DNA of 60,820 bases, filler included, from Basidioascus undulatus (Eukaryota), in NCBI GenBank assembly GCA_000826855.1. It is 10 parts of 10 records of this genome, joined end to end, with 100 filler letters (N's around TTAATTAATTAA, not from the genome) between each part and the next. Parts side by side here need not be neighbours in the genome. Positions count along the whole stretch, not along the records: positions 33,033 to 36,939 come from JTLS01002294.1; positions 37,040 to 40,942 come from JTLS01002295.1; positions 41,043 to 44,941 come from JTLS01002296.1; positions 45,042 to 48,917 come from JTLS01002297.1; 6 more parts are not named here. The stretch is one strand, 5' to 3'. The notes beneath the pieces are model-generated. The model was given only the letters and a program-made list of their open reading frames with translations. It was not told the origin of the DNA and searched no databases. Position numbers and translations under genes: made by a program. Positions 34,795 through 48,589 of this stretch are shown piece by piece. The first letter of the stretch is position 1; every line of letters starts with the position of its first letter.

Positions 34795-36144
34795 ATGGCA
34801 TCGCAGGATGTCGCGGCGCTCCCTCCCGAGCTCTGGAACCGCGTTCTGCACTTTGCGCCGCGCTCTGCCGTGCCTCTTCCTCCTTCCATCAGCTCGCCCT
34901 CCCTTCCTGTACAGCTCGATCCCCCGGCGCAGGCCCGAAGCCGCCCGCGGATTTTGCCGCTATCTCATTTCCTACGCGGACGTCGCCACGCATGTCGAGC
35001 ATCTCCACCTCGCCGGCGCGGGGATCGACGAAGACGCGAGCGCGAACGGCCTGTGCTCGAGCTTCTGCGCCTGCCGGAGCTGCGCGCGCGTCTAAAGAAC
35101 CATTAGACATGTCGATTCCAGAACTAGCCAATTTCGAGAAATGTTCTACCTCACCATCCACCAGCCAAGACAAGGGTCCTAGCAGCCCATCCGCCTCGAA
35201 CATCTCTAACCACGGGCAAACTTCCGAGGACGTTTGCTTCATCACGGGCCTCTGGAGAGGGACAGAACGGATCGTGCATACCGTGGAGACCTATGCGGAG
35301 GATCCGGAGGGGAGGGCGCGGCAGATGAGCTACTGTCAATGCTGCTTGGCGTTTTGAAGCTCACGTCAAGACCTAGGGTAACGGCGTTCGCGAGCTCGGT
35401 CTCGTTGGACCAGCATGGACGTGCCAGCACCCGTCGAACATGATTTGGGGTAAAAACTGCCGACTATCTCCAATGCATTCAGGTGCTAACGGTCTGAAAC
35501 AGTCAACGCCGCCTTACACAGCTATTTCAACCTATACGGCAACGTCACTTTCACCGCCGACGCTCCACCTTAAGGACATGATCGAGTGACTCCGCCACGA
35601 CTTCCAGCGACGTCAAACCCTGATTAACAGCGACCTACAGATCTGGGGTGGGACTTCGACGTTTGTCTCTTTCCTCCCTCCAGCACGCTCCCGCCCGCCT
35701 TCTCTGACGCCGCCCCGCAGTATATCCTGGACCTTCCCTCCGAACCTCGTTACTCCATTTCATCTTCCTGAATACCGCCTCGCTTTTCCCCTCCCCTCAC
35801 GCATCCCCGCTCGTCTGCTTCGATCCCAACACTCGCGAGCTGCGTGGCTACCTGCCATCCTCCACGACAGACATGTGCCTCCGCCCCACGCCCGCTCCCC
35901 ACCCCCGCTCGAGTTCGATCCCGATGCTGAGGATACGATCGACTTCCCGCACGGCGTCGACTACGGCGCGGCGCGCCTAAGAGAGGACAGGGTCAGTCCT
36001 TACTTGCTTGCGCTGAATGCGCCGCACAAGTTCGACCGCGCGGCGATCGATACCGGGAGATGTGATCTTCACCCGCTGCAGATCATCCAGCTTACGATGG
36101 AGATACGCCATAGCATTTACGCCCAAGAGGCGGCGATGGGCTAA
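34795..36144 (+). pseudogene. F-box-like pseudogene
   Basis: MASQDVAALPPELWNRVLHFAPRS / LCRASSSFHQLALP / FLYSSI...HVEHLHL are spread over three frames (two frameshifts within ~100 bp). The 3' extent is uncertain. Confidence 0.55.
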
Positions 36145-36433
36145 TCGCTTCTTCTAGCAGCAGAGAGCGCCGCCCCACTCGATAGCGAAGGGCTACCAGG
36201 TCGCACGACGGCAAGCGAAGACCATGGGCAGCCAGGGGCGGACAAGGTGCTCGACAATGTGGAGACGCCACCCGTACGGACAGCGCGATCATGCTCTGGG
36301 CGCAGGATGTGAGCGGTGCTGCATGAATGCGCTTCTCACAATCGTGGTCTGTTGGAGCGGTTTGGACTGTTCGATGCGCGCAAGGGCAAGACCGCAAATG
36401 ATAGATTATCCCTAGCTCTGACTCCTCCGCCAC

Positions 36434-36939
36434 TCAGGTCTCGCAGCACTTGCAGTCGCAGCTGGCGACGGGGCACGTGTGATGCCCCGTCTTGAACCAG
36501 TGCGATAAGCAAGACATGTGCCCGACGTGCCGGCACTTCAGAAACCCCATGCCGGTAGTCAGTCTCTGGTCGCAGTGAGGGAACGGAAGATTGCGGAGAG
36601 AAGTTGAACGCACCTTGTTGCACCAGACCATAGCGTCGAGAGCAAGGTCTGCCATAGTGGAAGGGAGAAAAGTGTTAGGTCATGGGAGAGAATGACAGAG
36701 ATGGAGGTTTGAGGGGATATCGTACCGGGGTAGGGCGAATTGTACGCCATTGCATCTCGCACGGCGTCGACGGGCGCGCCGAGCGCCTTCAGGCAGATCG
36801 AGCAGCGGGGCAAGCTCTTTGCGCACGAAGGGCAGCACGTCGTCTGTTGCACACATCCACCACCGTAAGCATTCCCTCTTCCTGCCTTCTCACTCTCCTC
36901 AGCGACCACGCACCCGGATCGTCTTCCCCCCTGCGCCCG
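36434..36939 (-). CDS. SEA4: GATOR2/SEACAT subunit MIOS/Sea4, C-terminal zinc ribbon + RING, 5' truncated
   Basis: TCCPSCAKSLPRCSICLKALG ... AMVWCNK|CRHVGHMSCLSHWF..HHTCPVASCDCKC-stop. Confidence 0.82.
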
Positions 36940-37039
36940 NNNNNNNNNNNNNNNNNNNNNNNNNNNNNNNNNNNNNNNNNNNNTTAATTAATTAANNNNN
37001 NNNNNNNNNNNNNNNNNNNNNNNNNNNNNNNNNNNNNNN
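36940..37039. other. Artificial contig linker 4
   Basis: Same 100-nt linker. Confidence 0.98.
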
Positions 37040-37537
37040 CGGGGGAGGGCAGGAGGGGGAGAAGCATATCGGTCTCGACTTGCTTGGCTTCAAACTAGTG
37101 TGCACGGCAATACAGCGCCTACTTTCAACGCGCACCTCGACGGTTTGGAGGTTCATCGCTCACGGCCAGTTCTCTCCACTGTCCGGATTGCATTCCCGAC
37201 CGTTTCGGCACACGTGCTCGCACAGCCCGCAACGTACCCCCGTTTAAACCTACTGAGGGAAAAGGTGGCATTTTTTTGTATAGCAGCAGTATTTCTTGAA
37301 CCTGGAAGCCGCGTGGGTTTCGCTTCGCGTGAGCGCGCTGTCAGCAAAGACTGTCGTAAGATGGCTTTCAGGTGGGCCGAAAGGCGCTCTCAAAGAGGGA
37401 CACTTTCAAATGCCTAACTGGCTTATGAATCCTACTGTGAATAGTGCTTTGAACAGAGCTCAGCACGCCCCCCGCAGCTTAGAAAAATGCAGTGCGCACG
37501 CTGCAAGGAAGACTTCGGAAGGACCATGAACGGGACG

Positions 37538-37990
37538 TCACCAACGAGCCATTGCGGCCCTTGCATTGCTGTTCGAGTTCTTCAGTCTATCATAATTCAT
37601 GATTTTTGGAGCGAAAGATGCGGTCGACCCCAACCCGCAATCTAAAGACAACAACGAGTCAAAATCAGGGTTGGGAGGACGCGCGCGCGGCGACCAGTAT
37701 TGGTCGCTGTTGTTCACTCTGCCTTCCAGAAGAACAGCTCGAGGTGAGACACACGCGTGCAGGCGGAGAGGATGGTGGCGATGTAGGGCTTCGTAGGTCC
37801 ACACAGTGCAGCTCAGCTTGGACATGGTGTGCACGAGGTCGGGGCGGGCAACGACGGCGCGAGCGAAGGACAGTTGGGGGAATGGTCCATGTCGAAATGG
37901 AGACGTCCTCCGCAAAGGCGTCCTCGAGGATGCGCACGAGCAGCTCACTGGGGAGCGTGGCGACTAGAGCGCGCCGCGGTAAGGGGGCGA
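37538..37990 (-). pseudogene. Degenerate F-box-like fragment
   Basis: VATLPSELLVRILEDAF followed, in another frame, by SFARAVVARPDLVHTMSKL. Confidence 0.35.
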
Positions 37991-40191
37991 ACTCGAAGAA
38001 GGGGGAACGAAGGAATGAAGCGCATGATGATGAGCGCAGAGTACTGCGAATCCTATCTGATAGACGGGAGCTGATAGACGCTCTGGTTCAACGCGATGCA
38101 GGAGATGGTGATGGTCGGGAGCAACGAAGGGGACGAAGCGGGACGGCGTCGACGGCTCGCGCTTCCATCCGAGTCGCTCCTACACGGGCCAGCCTGTTGT
38201 ACCGCGGCTCACCACCAACAAATTTGAAGTACCAAGCTCATAATGTACCGATTGGTCCTTCTTAATGGACTGGAAAATGTCAAATTGCTCCCTTGCCAGC
38301 CACAGACTGCTGGGAAGCGGGAACATCAGCTCAAACCGTGAGAGTGCACAAGACGAAACAAGCCAAAAGTCAGCCTTCCACCACTAGGAAATGCACAATT
38401 TCTCGGAAACAACCCTTTTTCTGCTCAGCCTCAACATTATAGAGAGTTGACAGCATGGGACGTGCGTTTTGTAAAGGAGGGAGCGTCACCATCGCTGGGC
38501 CGGTGCCTGAGATGTGCGAGACGGCAAGCGACATTTGAGAATTCCGTTAAGGGATGCGACCGACTGGAGCTTCAGAGGCTTCTCAATATTGGGAAGTGGC
38601 GAGGTCATGGCAGTAGGACGAGAAGCGGTGGCGTGGTCTCGTTCCAGGTCCGCAGCGCTGCACCCGCGCTCATTTCACCATTTGCTCGCTCTGTACAGTA
38701 GTGGGCTTTCTATCGTAATACGAAATACATCTTACACCTCAGGTCACCATCTGGAAGGTCACCTCGTCCTTCTCGGTAGACATGGGCATGCACAAACTCA
38801 GTTTGTCGGCCGCTTGAAGACAACTCGGTGCTCTCAGATCTGAGGTCAACGCTCTCCGAGTGGGAGTAAAACAAGCCAGGGCGATGCAAGTCGAAGCGGG
38901 ACAAGGTGTGTGCCTTCCTTTCTTCTGCCTTCACTCCACGTCCTTTTGACGAAATTCTTGCTAGGACCTGTGGGAGGCAGCTGCCTTCTGGCGCAGCACG
39001 CCCTAATCAGGGGGACGAGGCGCCCGTCGGGCGCTGCTGCGCGCTGGGGAAGCTGCAGTAGGATCGCGTCGACCGCGTCGACCGCGTGACCAAGCGCGAT
39101 GCCTTCGCCGCTGGACGCCCTGCTGCAAGACAAGAACAACCGCACGGATGATCAGGCTCTTCGGGACGAAGCGAGGGTTGGGACGTGGCTTGCTCAGATC
39201 GAGACTCCGAGTCCCGCGGATTGAGCGACGCTGCCGGTTACAGTGAAGCAAGAGGTGCGTGTCTATTGCTTTTCGCTCGAGCCTGGGGTCCTTTCACGAC
39301 TTGGCAAACCGGTCTTCAGCACGAGCACCACCACAATCATTCAGAACCCGTCCGGAATCCGCACAGGCCACGGCAAACTCCCCCGCCGGCGCCGACATAC
39401 CGCTTTCGATCTTGCCGGTACCACCTGAACCAGCGCAGGAGCTAAGCTAGCCAGGGGTCGTAGGAGTTGCGCTCGGTTAGGGAGGGTATTCAGATGAATC
39501 TTGCGCAGGGCGGTAACGAGTGGGTGCCAGCATACAGCGCACTCTGTTTCGTGACTATAGGGCTTTTCGACAGGTTGACACAGCCGGGGCGAGGGTGGGT
39601 CTATGGCCAGCGAGGTCTCGTTGAAGTGCGGCGCTGGGGGTGGAGGTGGTGGTGGTAGTGTTGGTTGGTTGATTGGCGAGAGTGAGCGCGAGCGCAGTGT
39701 TCGGAGGATGCTGTTCGAGTGTAGGTGAAGGATCCCCAGACCTTTCAACTGCAGTACTCCCACTTCCGCAGACCAGAACAGGTCTCGCGGAGCGAGCCCT
39801 CTTCCACTAGAAGCTCGAAGCTCAGAAAGAATGCGCTTCGACCCACAGCGCGCAGCCGGTCCAGCTCCAGCGCGCAGCCTGCACGCCTGTGGGGCCTCGG
39901 TAGTTGAAGATGTCAGGCCTGCCTGATTTTAGGGCAGGACGATGCAGCGCACAGTGCACAGTGTCTGCTGTTTCTCTTTAGACAACAGCCCAACCGTTCA
40001 GTGATGAATCACCGAACCCCCAGCACGGCGGCCGCCCGCAACACACACAGCGCAAACCAAAGCCTTCACACCCACCGCGCAACGACCTCCCATCCATTCA
40101 CCATCTCGCATCCATCCATCCGTCAAGCACACCTCCAAGTCCCCAACAAACCCAACCAAGCCATCTCCCCTTCCCTCCCCAGTCTACTACT

Positions 40192-40942
40192 TCACCCATC
40201 AAGTCCCGGCCGCGTATAGTCCAGCCGCTCCGTGTTGGCCCACACGCGGCGGACGAGCTCCTCTTGCTGCGCCCTCGCAGAGCGGCCGGAGGCGTCGGGG
40301 GAGCAGCCGCGGATCGCTAGATACCTGTTCTTCCCCCCAATCACAATCAGCATTAGCGTTCCCGTATTTTCCTTGGGATTGGGGTCGGAGAGGAGTGAGG
40401 AGGGATGAAAGAGGGTGGATGGCGGGAATGGGGGAATGGGGGAATGGGGGAGCTGAGAATGGTTACTGACCGACGAGAGCCCAGGGAAGGCATAGGAACC
40501 GGCGCCCCGTCTGGAAGACCACCGGGCGGGGGGTTCGCGTCTGCGAGAAAGCCGCCCGTCTCGAGCAGGATTGCGACGCCCGCGCAGATGTCCCACTCCC
40601 AGCAACCGGCTTTGCGGGACGCTGGTCAACATGGGATCTTTGGATCGTGGAGAGAATGAGAGAACGAGAGGAGACACGCACCTTCCATCATGATATCCCC
40701 CTGCCCACTCGCCACGTAAACCATGTCCATTGTTGAACTCCCGAGGCTCCTAATCCCATGGACCTTTCCTCCCTTCTCGCCCGCCATCCGCCTAAAGCTC
40801 CGCATCTTCCGATCCAGGTTCCCGCCCTCCTCCCGCCGGTCCTTCCCCCACTCGGCCAGGAACAGGCACCCGTTCGGGGCGTTCTCCGGGAGCGGCGGGG
40901 CGGGGAGGCGCGCGTGCGGGATGGGGAGGATGGCAAGGGTAA
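40192..40942 (-). CDS. Inositol monophosphatase (IMPase/QutG-like), 3' part
   Basis: PLPENAPNGCLFLAEWGKDRR, VHGIRSLGSSTMDMVYVASGQGDI, GCWEWDICAGVAILLETGG, RRYLAIR. Confidence 0.9.
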
Positions 40943-41042
40943 NNNNNNNNNNNNNNNNNNNNNNNNNNNNNNNNNNNNNNNNNNNNTTAATTAATTAANN
41001 NNNNNNNNNNNNNNNNNNNNNNNNNNNNNNNNNNNNNNNNNN
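40943..41042. other. Artificial contig linker 5
   Basis: Same 100-nt linker. Confidence 0.98.
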
Positions 41043-41346
41043 CACGTACGCGGATCTCGCTGCGGCCGAGGAGGCGCGCGGAAACTCGCGCTGGGGCAGA
41101 TGGAAGACATGGGGGAGGATTAGGATGGGGGTGGGGGTAGGGTGAGGGTAACAACGCGGGGCGAGGGCGGGCGCGTGCGGTGCGGACGTAGGTTGCGTAT
41201 CGAGCGGTTCGTGGTCAGCGGCCAGTCCTCCCCATCGCCACCGTTCCACCCGCGCATCACCCCCACGACACTGGCGTTCTCCTGCACCCATCATTCCATC
41301 CAGCCAGTCCATGCATCTCCTCCGAACCCCTTCCCTCTCCAGCCCA

Positions 41347-42045
41347 TCAAGCCTTCGTCGTAACCCCGACCTTCTCGCCCTCCTTCGCCGCGGCCACGCT
41401 CGCCTCGCCCGCAGCGAGGCGCTTCTCGCGTCCGCCAAAGTACCAGTAGTTGAGGAAGCGGAGGCCCTGGACGGACTGGGCGGTCGCGTTCGTCGCGTGG
41501 CAGGCGAAGAGGAGGTAGTTGCGGGGGTGGACGCGCCAGGCTGCGGCGTTCCTCCCAAAACATATCAGCTCGAACCTTTCATTTTCCCTCGACCTGGTGT
41601 GGAAAGGAAGAGAGGAAAAGGGAGGGGGGGGGACGAACCGAACCGCATGAACACCGTCCTGTTCCCCCCGTGTTCACTCTGTCAGCCTCCTTCTTCCATG
41701 CAGAAGCCAGACTGGGACGCACGAGTAAGTGGCCATAGCAGTAGTCATAGTCCCCGAGATGATATCCTCGTCCTTGCGCAGATCGGCAAGCGCAGCGAGG
41801 GGGAGACCCCAGTTGGCGACGGGGCCCTGTCCCCACCCACACGCATCAGTGCCCACTCCTCTTCACTCCCTCCCTCTCCCTCCATCCCCTCTTTTCAACG
41901 CACCCAGAAGTGCGTCGCTACCCATGTGCATACCAGGTTAGTGGGTGAAGTGGGAGGACGAGGGATGGGACGCACAGAAAAAGTATTCCCTCGCCGCGGG
42001 AGACTTGAGCCAGTTGAGGAAGGTCGAGCCGGCGGAGGAGGCCAT
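41347..42045 (-). CDS. MPC1: Mitochondrial pyruvate carrier subunit 1, multi-exon
   Basis: [67 protein letters not shown]. Confidence 0.92.
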
Positions 42046-42564
42046 CGTGTGCGTGTTCTTCGGAAGGAGCGAGGAGGAAGAGAAAGAAGGAAAGCAAGCA
42101 AGCAAAACGGTCGAGGCGGGAGGGAGGCAAGAGAGAACGAGTTCAACTTCGATTGACCGAGGGCGCGAGGGCGGGCCGACGGCAAGTCGGCTGAAGGGGC
42201 AGGGGCGGCGCCCGGCACGCTTCGCTTGGGGTTGGACTTGAACGATTGCTTGTCTGCGATGGGTTGGAAAGCATTCGCATTTATTTTCGAGGCTATTTTT
42301 ATGTTGCTGAAGCAGGACTCGCTGTCCGAGAGCTCGCAAGTTGATCATCATGCCGCGCACGCGTTCGAGATACACGTTCTTCCTCGAAGACGCTTCCCCG
42401 CTTCCTTGCACCGCCCAATTGAAGCGCAATCCACACTGCACTCGCACTCCTCCATATTCCACCAGCACAGCTGTATATTCTCGCCCACCTCCATCCCTCG
42501 CCGGTCCCCGTCCTCTCCTGCCTTCCTGCTCTCCAGCAAGCGAGCGCGGGACGACTGAAGCCCC

Positions 42565-43439
42565 TCACGCGTCCGCGTACGCGGTCACTGGCCGGCGGGG
42601 ACGGTCGGGGACTGTGGGGCGCATGAATAGATTGTCCGATTAGGTTCAGGCGCGGTGAGCGTGGGACGGGACGAGAGGAAAGGTGGGCGGTAGGGGTCGG
42701 TCGGTCGGGTCGGTGAAAGATGAGGTGGGGGGAATGGCAGGATGTTCGGGTGTAATAGTCGAGTCAATTGCGTGGAAATAGTCAAAGGGCAAGGGGATCC
42801 GTCAGCGACCCTCCTCCCCATCCCCAACCCCATTTGCCCGCCGTCCCCCGTGCGCTCCAAAAGGGCTGGAAGGATTAAAACAACTCACGCGGGTAAGTAG
42901 TAGGCACCTTCTCCGCGGGCTTCCAGCCAAAGTACTTCTTGCGGATCGTCGGCACGGTGAGGACCATTACGGGGCCTTCTCATCCCAACCACACCAACAT
43001 CCCACCACGACCAACCGTTCCCCAATCACAATCCCACCAAATCACAGCCACGCACACACCACATCCACCACACCAAGAACAAGTATCCCATCGAGGCTGT
43101 CAGTAGCGGAAGGAAGCTGGAGAGTGCATGGAAGACGGGGGAGGTGGGGAGGGCAGAAACATGGAAGACGCACCGGTGAACCCGATCACGAGGGAGTAGA
43201 AGATGACCTTTTCCCATCGTCTCCCACATCAGCACCCCTCCCTTCCCATACCCCCTCCTCGTCCGTCTACGCACAGGCTTCTCATGCGCCATCCGTTGCT
43301 GTCCACCGTCCACCCGCGTCAGTACCTCTCTCCTTCCTCGCCCTTTCGTTCTGGCTCTGCTGTGGAAGAATAGGGAATGTGGGCGTACAAGGGAGCGGTA
43401 CGTCCCCGTGATGGGGTTGCGGAAGGCGGCGGAAGCCAT
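42565..43439 (-). CDS. NADH:ubiquinone oxidoreductase 9.5-kDa subunit (NI9M/NDUFA3-like), many short exons
   Basis: TYRSL|QRMAHEKP|VIFYSLVIGFT|GPVMVLTVPTIRKKYFGWKPAEKVPTTYP|PDRPRRPVTAYADA-TGA. Confidence 0.85.
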
Positions 43440-44941
43440 TTCGGTTCGTGAGGTGTAGAAAGGGAGGAGGTAGAGGGTGATGGGTGAGCGGGCGAAGGCG
43501 GTTGGCGCGCTTGCAGGCCGGATGCAGGCCGGATGCGGGAGGGCAAGAGGGGGTCCGCGGATGGGTGTCCGGCTCGGTGCGGGTTGATCCTGTAGCACAC
43601 TGTGCAGTAATCTCACATTTAAGAAATATATGTTTGAATGTAATTTCCTGGGCTTGAGCTGCAGCGGGGTGGGGCTACGGCGGCATAGGCATACCAGTAC
43701 CCTCAGGCTCGGAAGAGAAGCGTGCGGGTGAGCAAGCGAAGTCCGACAGGTTGAGGGAGCAGGAGATGCGTTTCTGCGAGTATTTATTTTCCGTTGGTCC
43801 CAACTTTCGAGGGTGTACGGAGGGAGGGCGAAGGCTAGGGCGGTCCAAGTCAGCAACCTGGACGCGGGCGGGTTTCAGCGACGTTGGTGGAGCAGACGTC
43901 GGTGCAGGACATGGAAAAGACTCCCTTATTCCCTGATATTGGGGTGGATGTTTTGAAGTCTTGGTATGCTCTTTCCCCGCCAGTACGTTCTGGTGCAGTC
44001 CCTTTCGAAGCAAGACATCACGGCTCGCTCTGCCGATACGGAGCTGTTTGACAGCGTGTCTTACTGTCTCTTCTGCTCATGCACTCGGCATCCCATTCCA
44101 TTCTCCCTCTCATCCAAGAATCAAGAAACAAAATCGAAGATTCAGCACCTTCCCCTCTCCCCTTTTATGGTTGCGCCGCTCTGGGAGGTGCCGCCGATCT
44201 CACATGCACAGCGCGCCCGTCTCACTCAAAGAACCTAACCACAGATATCTCAATTGCGCACCTTCACATCCTTTCCACCCAAGAATCCAGAATAAAGATT
44301 CAAGGATCACTCTAAGCAACACTTTTCTCCCAGTTGGCCCTTCTTGAGAGTCATGCTGCTCTGCCCAGCTGTCTAACAGCCTGCCTTGCGTCCGTCAAGT
44401 CACCCAATCGGTAGCCCATTTGGATCTCCCCTTGGAACAATAACCTGATTTTCAGTGTTAGTTCCCCGAAACCTCCGGCCCGTCCTTCCTTGAGGTTGCC
44501 CTGCTCTGTGGAAATCCTAACTCACTCATTGCCAGGAGGAACACAGTGTGCTTACGCACAGTTTTCAAGCTCACAGGAAAGCGCACTCTAGGAAACATGC
44601 TAGATTTGTCGTATGAAACTGTCGTTAATGCTCTGAAATGAAGACAGACAATCTGCACATCTTGTGCAGTGGATCTAGAGTGGATCTAGAGTACGAAGAA
44701 GGGAAGATGCACAGCGGTCTAGAAATAGAGAGCATATTCGAAAGACTTCTAGGAGAACAAACCTCAGGTATTCGAAAGACTTCTAGTAGAAAAGTCCTCA
44801 CGCCACGGCGGGAAACGTGGCACTCTATTTTCAGCTATATTTTCGTATGGATTGGCCAGCAAGTGCGGCCAGCCTGCGTGAGATGTTCGAGCTTAGCGTT
44901 CACTGTAGACTGAGGAGTTACGACCTCAGAACATCGATCGA

Positions 44942-45041
44942 NNNNNNNNNNNNNNNNNNNNNNNNNNNNNNNNNNNNNNNNNNNNTTAATTAATTAANNN
45001 NNNNNNNNNNNNNNNNNNNNNNNNNNNNNNNNNNNNNNNNN
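44942..45041. other. Artificial contig linker 6
   Basis: Same 100-nt linker. Confidence 0.98.
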
Positions 45042-46471
45042 CGCACCCACACTCGTCCTCCTTATCGTCTCGCCCGTCAACCTCCTCCTGCAATGGCTCC
45101 TCGTTTGGGGACCTGCACCCCTCCGATTCGGCTTCATCGGCGCGCCCATGGCTAGCGCGATCTCGATGGACCTGATGGTGCGTCTCTATGCATGTTTCCC
45201 ATCCTCCCTACCTGCCTTGTCGTTCCCCCTGTTCTCCTCCTTTCTTTTGTCTTTTCCCCTTGCCTTCCTCCCCCCGAGTGAGGGCTGACAAACAAGCGGT
45301 TCGCGGTTGGCTCGCCCAGTTCCTTCTCACCGTCTTGTACATTTGCGCCTCCCCGCGCGCGCGCAAGTCCGCGTGGGGCGGGTTCACTTGGGCAGCGTTC
45401 CGCGACCTCCGGCCGTGCTGGACGCTCGGGCTCGCGGGGACGGCGATGGTCGCGTCCGAGTGGTGGGCGTGGGAGGCGATCGCGCTGGCGTCGTCTTTGT
45501 GCGTTTTCCCATCCATCCTCCCTCCTTTTCTCCCCCTTCCGCAGCCTTCCTGGCGAGGTCGAGTACTGACAGACGACAAATCGAAGCCTCGGCCCTACCG
45601 CCCTCGCCGCGCAGTCCGTCCTCCTCACGTCCTCCTCAACGTCCTATCAGATCCCCTTCGCGCTCTGCGTCGCGTCCGCCGTGCGCGTGGGGAACCTCCT
45701 TGGTGCGCGCAAGCCCAACGAGGCGCATACCGCCATGCGCGTCAGTTTGGTCCTTGCGCTCGCTATTGCAGGCGTGAACAGGTGCGTTGCCCGGCGTTCG
45801 GTCGGATTCAGGGGAGGGAAAAGGGGCTGATTTCGCGAGGGGATGCGATGGTATGCGGGTAGTGCGGTGTTTATTATTGCCCGCCACCGGTGGGGTTACT
45901 TGTTCTCGAACGATGAGGACGTCGTTGCCCTCGTTAGCAAGATCTTGCCCGTCGTCGCGCTCTTCCAGATCACCGATTCGCTGTGCGTTCTCGTGCTTGG
46001 CGCTTTCTGCTTCTGTTATTCGCGTTTAGTACTGACATGAGGTTCACAGCGTCGGCGTAACAGGCGGAATCCTCCGCGCCACGGGGCGGCAGCAGATCGG
46101 GGCGGTCCTCAACGTAGTGGGGTACTAGTGCGTTCCCCATCTTTCCTTACCACTATGGCGCTCAGCTTACCTTATTCTTCCCGCCCAGCGTGATCGGCCT
46201 CCCCCTCGGCCTCGCGCTGACCTTCGCGCAGCCGTTCGTGCGCTGGTGGGATCTGCAGCTCCTCGGCCTCTGGATCGGCATTACCTCCGCGCTAGCGTTC
46301 GTCTGCGTCGCGAGCGTGTACCTCGTCGTGCGCACCGACTGGCGCAGGGAGTGCGACAAGGCGGAGGAGCGCCTGAGCAAGGAGCCGCTCGAGGAGGTGG
46401 AGGAGGAGGTCCGGCAGGCGGAGGGGGAGCGAACGGCGTTGCTTGGGAATGGGCGCGGGGGCGGGGTGTGA
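45042..46471 (+). CDS. MATE-family efflux transporter, 3' part
   Basis: LLVWGPAPLRFGFIGAPMA, WGGFTWAAF, MVASEWWAWE, LAAQSVLL, ASAVRVGNLLGA, GILRATGRQQIGAVLN, IGLPLG, LGLWIG, TDW. Confidence 0.92.
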
Positions 46472-47747
46472 GGCGCTGGTTTGGGGATGTGGCGGAGCGG
46501 ATTGCATTGATCGCTGGTTCTTCTTTATTGCTCGAGGGCGGTAGCAGCGTGGATCTTTCGCTGCGTGAAGCCAGCTGGCCGATCGGCACGGCAGCATGGC
46601 GAGGGCGTTATGAACCGATTCCCCCCCTTCAGAACTCCTTGGTGCTTTGAGGTATCCTCACTTAAAGCTTCAGAGTACATTGATGGAATGTGTGAATCCT
46701 GATCAGGATAGGAGGGCCTGGCTGGCCTAGGGACAACTGGCGCTGGAGTAACCCGACCACGACCTTTAGCGTCCACATCTGTCATGTGGTTTGAAGGAGT
46801 GGAGGTTGGGGTAAAACATCAGGTTAAAATCAGACGGTACGGTCTGAATATCTTCCTGCCATACTGTTACTGGACAACAGTGCCTCAAGCAAGTCACACC
46901 TTTCGCCCGCAGGTGGAACGGCCCCTCAACGCCGTAATGCGCGGGGTACGCAACCCGCCTAGCCTGCGTGAGTGCTGCCGTTCAGTGCATTGCGCCAATG
47001 AGTGTAGCCTTCTGTCTTATCCTCCGATATCTGAGTCCCTAAGCATGTGGAAGAGGGCATGGAAATGGTCGGATGCGCCCCGCCAGGGTGCTCTTGAAGA
47101 GTAAATGAATAACGGCACCACTTACCTTCGCGGAGATCAATATGTTTACCTAATTTTTAACCGCCCCAGGTACCCCCGTTAAGGCTGAGCACCAGCATTT
47201 GAAACACACGCTGTGCAACGCAGTGCGGGCGACTGAGAGTGTAAGACGGTGCTGCCAAGGTGGTGAGCGGTCTTTGCACTCCAAGGGACGGCGGCTGCGG
47301 TCTCACCAATGATTTACCTATGTAAATATGTAGCCGTTTCGTATTCTACGAGCGTCTGCCTTCATGGTAATTAAGTGCAGATTCGAACCCTCGGGCACAG
47401 GCAAGTTTGTTTGGCGTCTGCAAGGTACGGAAACAACCCCCCTCCGCTCTGGGCCGAACCGAGGCTGAGCTGTTACCTGATACCTTGACATTCAACACAC
47501 ACACCTCGATTTCTAGACACACAATTTCTAGACACACACACACAAACACGACGTATTCTTTCTGCTTTATTCTGATCTACAGAAGCTAGGTGGAAAAGCT
47601 ACACCAGTAATCTACGTCGAACCCATCAGATCGTAACACTCTGGTGGGCGCGCTGAGGCGGGAGGACCTGGAAACAAGTCGAGTCTACCTGCCCCTGCTC
47701 AAGCATCCTGGTTGCTCAGGCTGACAAATGCACTTTTGGTACCTCAG

Positions 47748-48580
47748 ATGTCGCTCATCGTCGATTCAGAGTGCCTACATCTTTCTTCTCCAGGTCCTCC
47801 AAATCAAGCTGAACCCGTTCCCCCTCTCCTGCAGCTACCACCTGCAGTCCCTGCGGCTATCCTTCCTGCGGCACCTGACGCCGACGCCGCTCGTCCAGCC
47901 CACACGCTCCTCCCCAAACCCATATCTCCGCGCAGGGGGTCTGACCGACCCAGACCGCTGGCCCGAACTCGACGTCCAGTCCACCCCCGCCGCCGCCCCG
48001 CCCACGATCCTCACCTCCGCCGCGCAGGCCTCTTCCTCCGCGGCCAACGTCGGCTGCACCCTCCCCGCGTATGGTGCGGCGCCCAACGGCGGTGCGACGG
48101 GCTTGCGCTATAGCGCGACGATTGGGCGTGTGGGCGGGGCGGGCATGCGCGTGAGCGCGCGGAGGCCCCAGGCTGCGGGTGCGGAGGCGGCCGGAGGCGC
48201 AGGGGAACGGGCGCACCCCCCGAGCGCGTTCACTCAGTCTACGGCGCCGAAGATCCGGGCGCCGAAGTCGGGCAGCGCGGGGACCCTGCCGGCGATAGAG
48301 CAGGGCCTGAGGAGGGGCAGCGACGGGAAGATCATGCTTCCGGCGCCTGGGGAGAGGCGCTCGGTCGGGTTTGTGGATCCGGAGCAGAGCGAGGAGGACG
48401 CGGAGGGCGCCGAGACGGGGACGTTTGATGAGGAGGAGGATGATGATGAGGATGACGACGAGGAGGGGCCTATAGGCTTGGCCTCGGATGAGGAGGAGTT
48501 TGACGAGCTCGTTGGATCTGGGTACGTCTTCCCTTTCCTACCCCCCTCCTCAGCCTCTCAATTCGCTCCTCCCACCCAGA
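47748..48580 (+). CDS. SIN1: TORC2 subunit Sin1/Avo1, N-terminal part only
   Basis: MSLIVDSD|YHLQSLRLSFLRH...NPYLRAGGLTDPDRWPELD...GATGLRYSATI...GMRVSARR matches my recall of basidiomycete Sin1 N-termini. CRIM, RBD and PH domains are not present. Confidence 0.65.
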
Positions 48581-48589
48581 CAACCCCGT

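Noticed and set aside
38846..39763. Possible further degenerate gene (CAVCWHPL...LRKIHL)
   Set aside because: Fragments are in several frames with no motif strong enough to call.
44670..44795. Short direct repeats (GGATCTAGAGT x2, TATTCGAAAGACTTCTAG x2) as heat-shock elements or a transposon end
   Set aside because: Spacing does not fit nGAAn arrays, and no TIR or TSD is visible before the contig end.
47360..47420. tRNA-like GGTTCGAATC on the minus strand (also at ~18462 on plus)
   Set aside because: No T-stem pairing or cloverleaf could be built.
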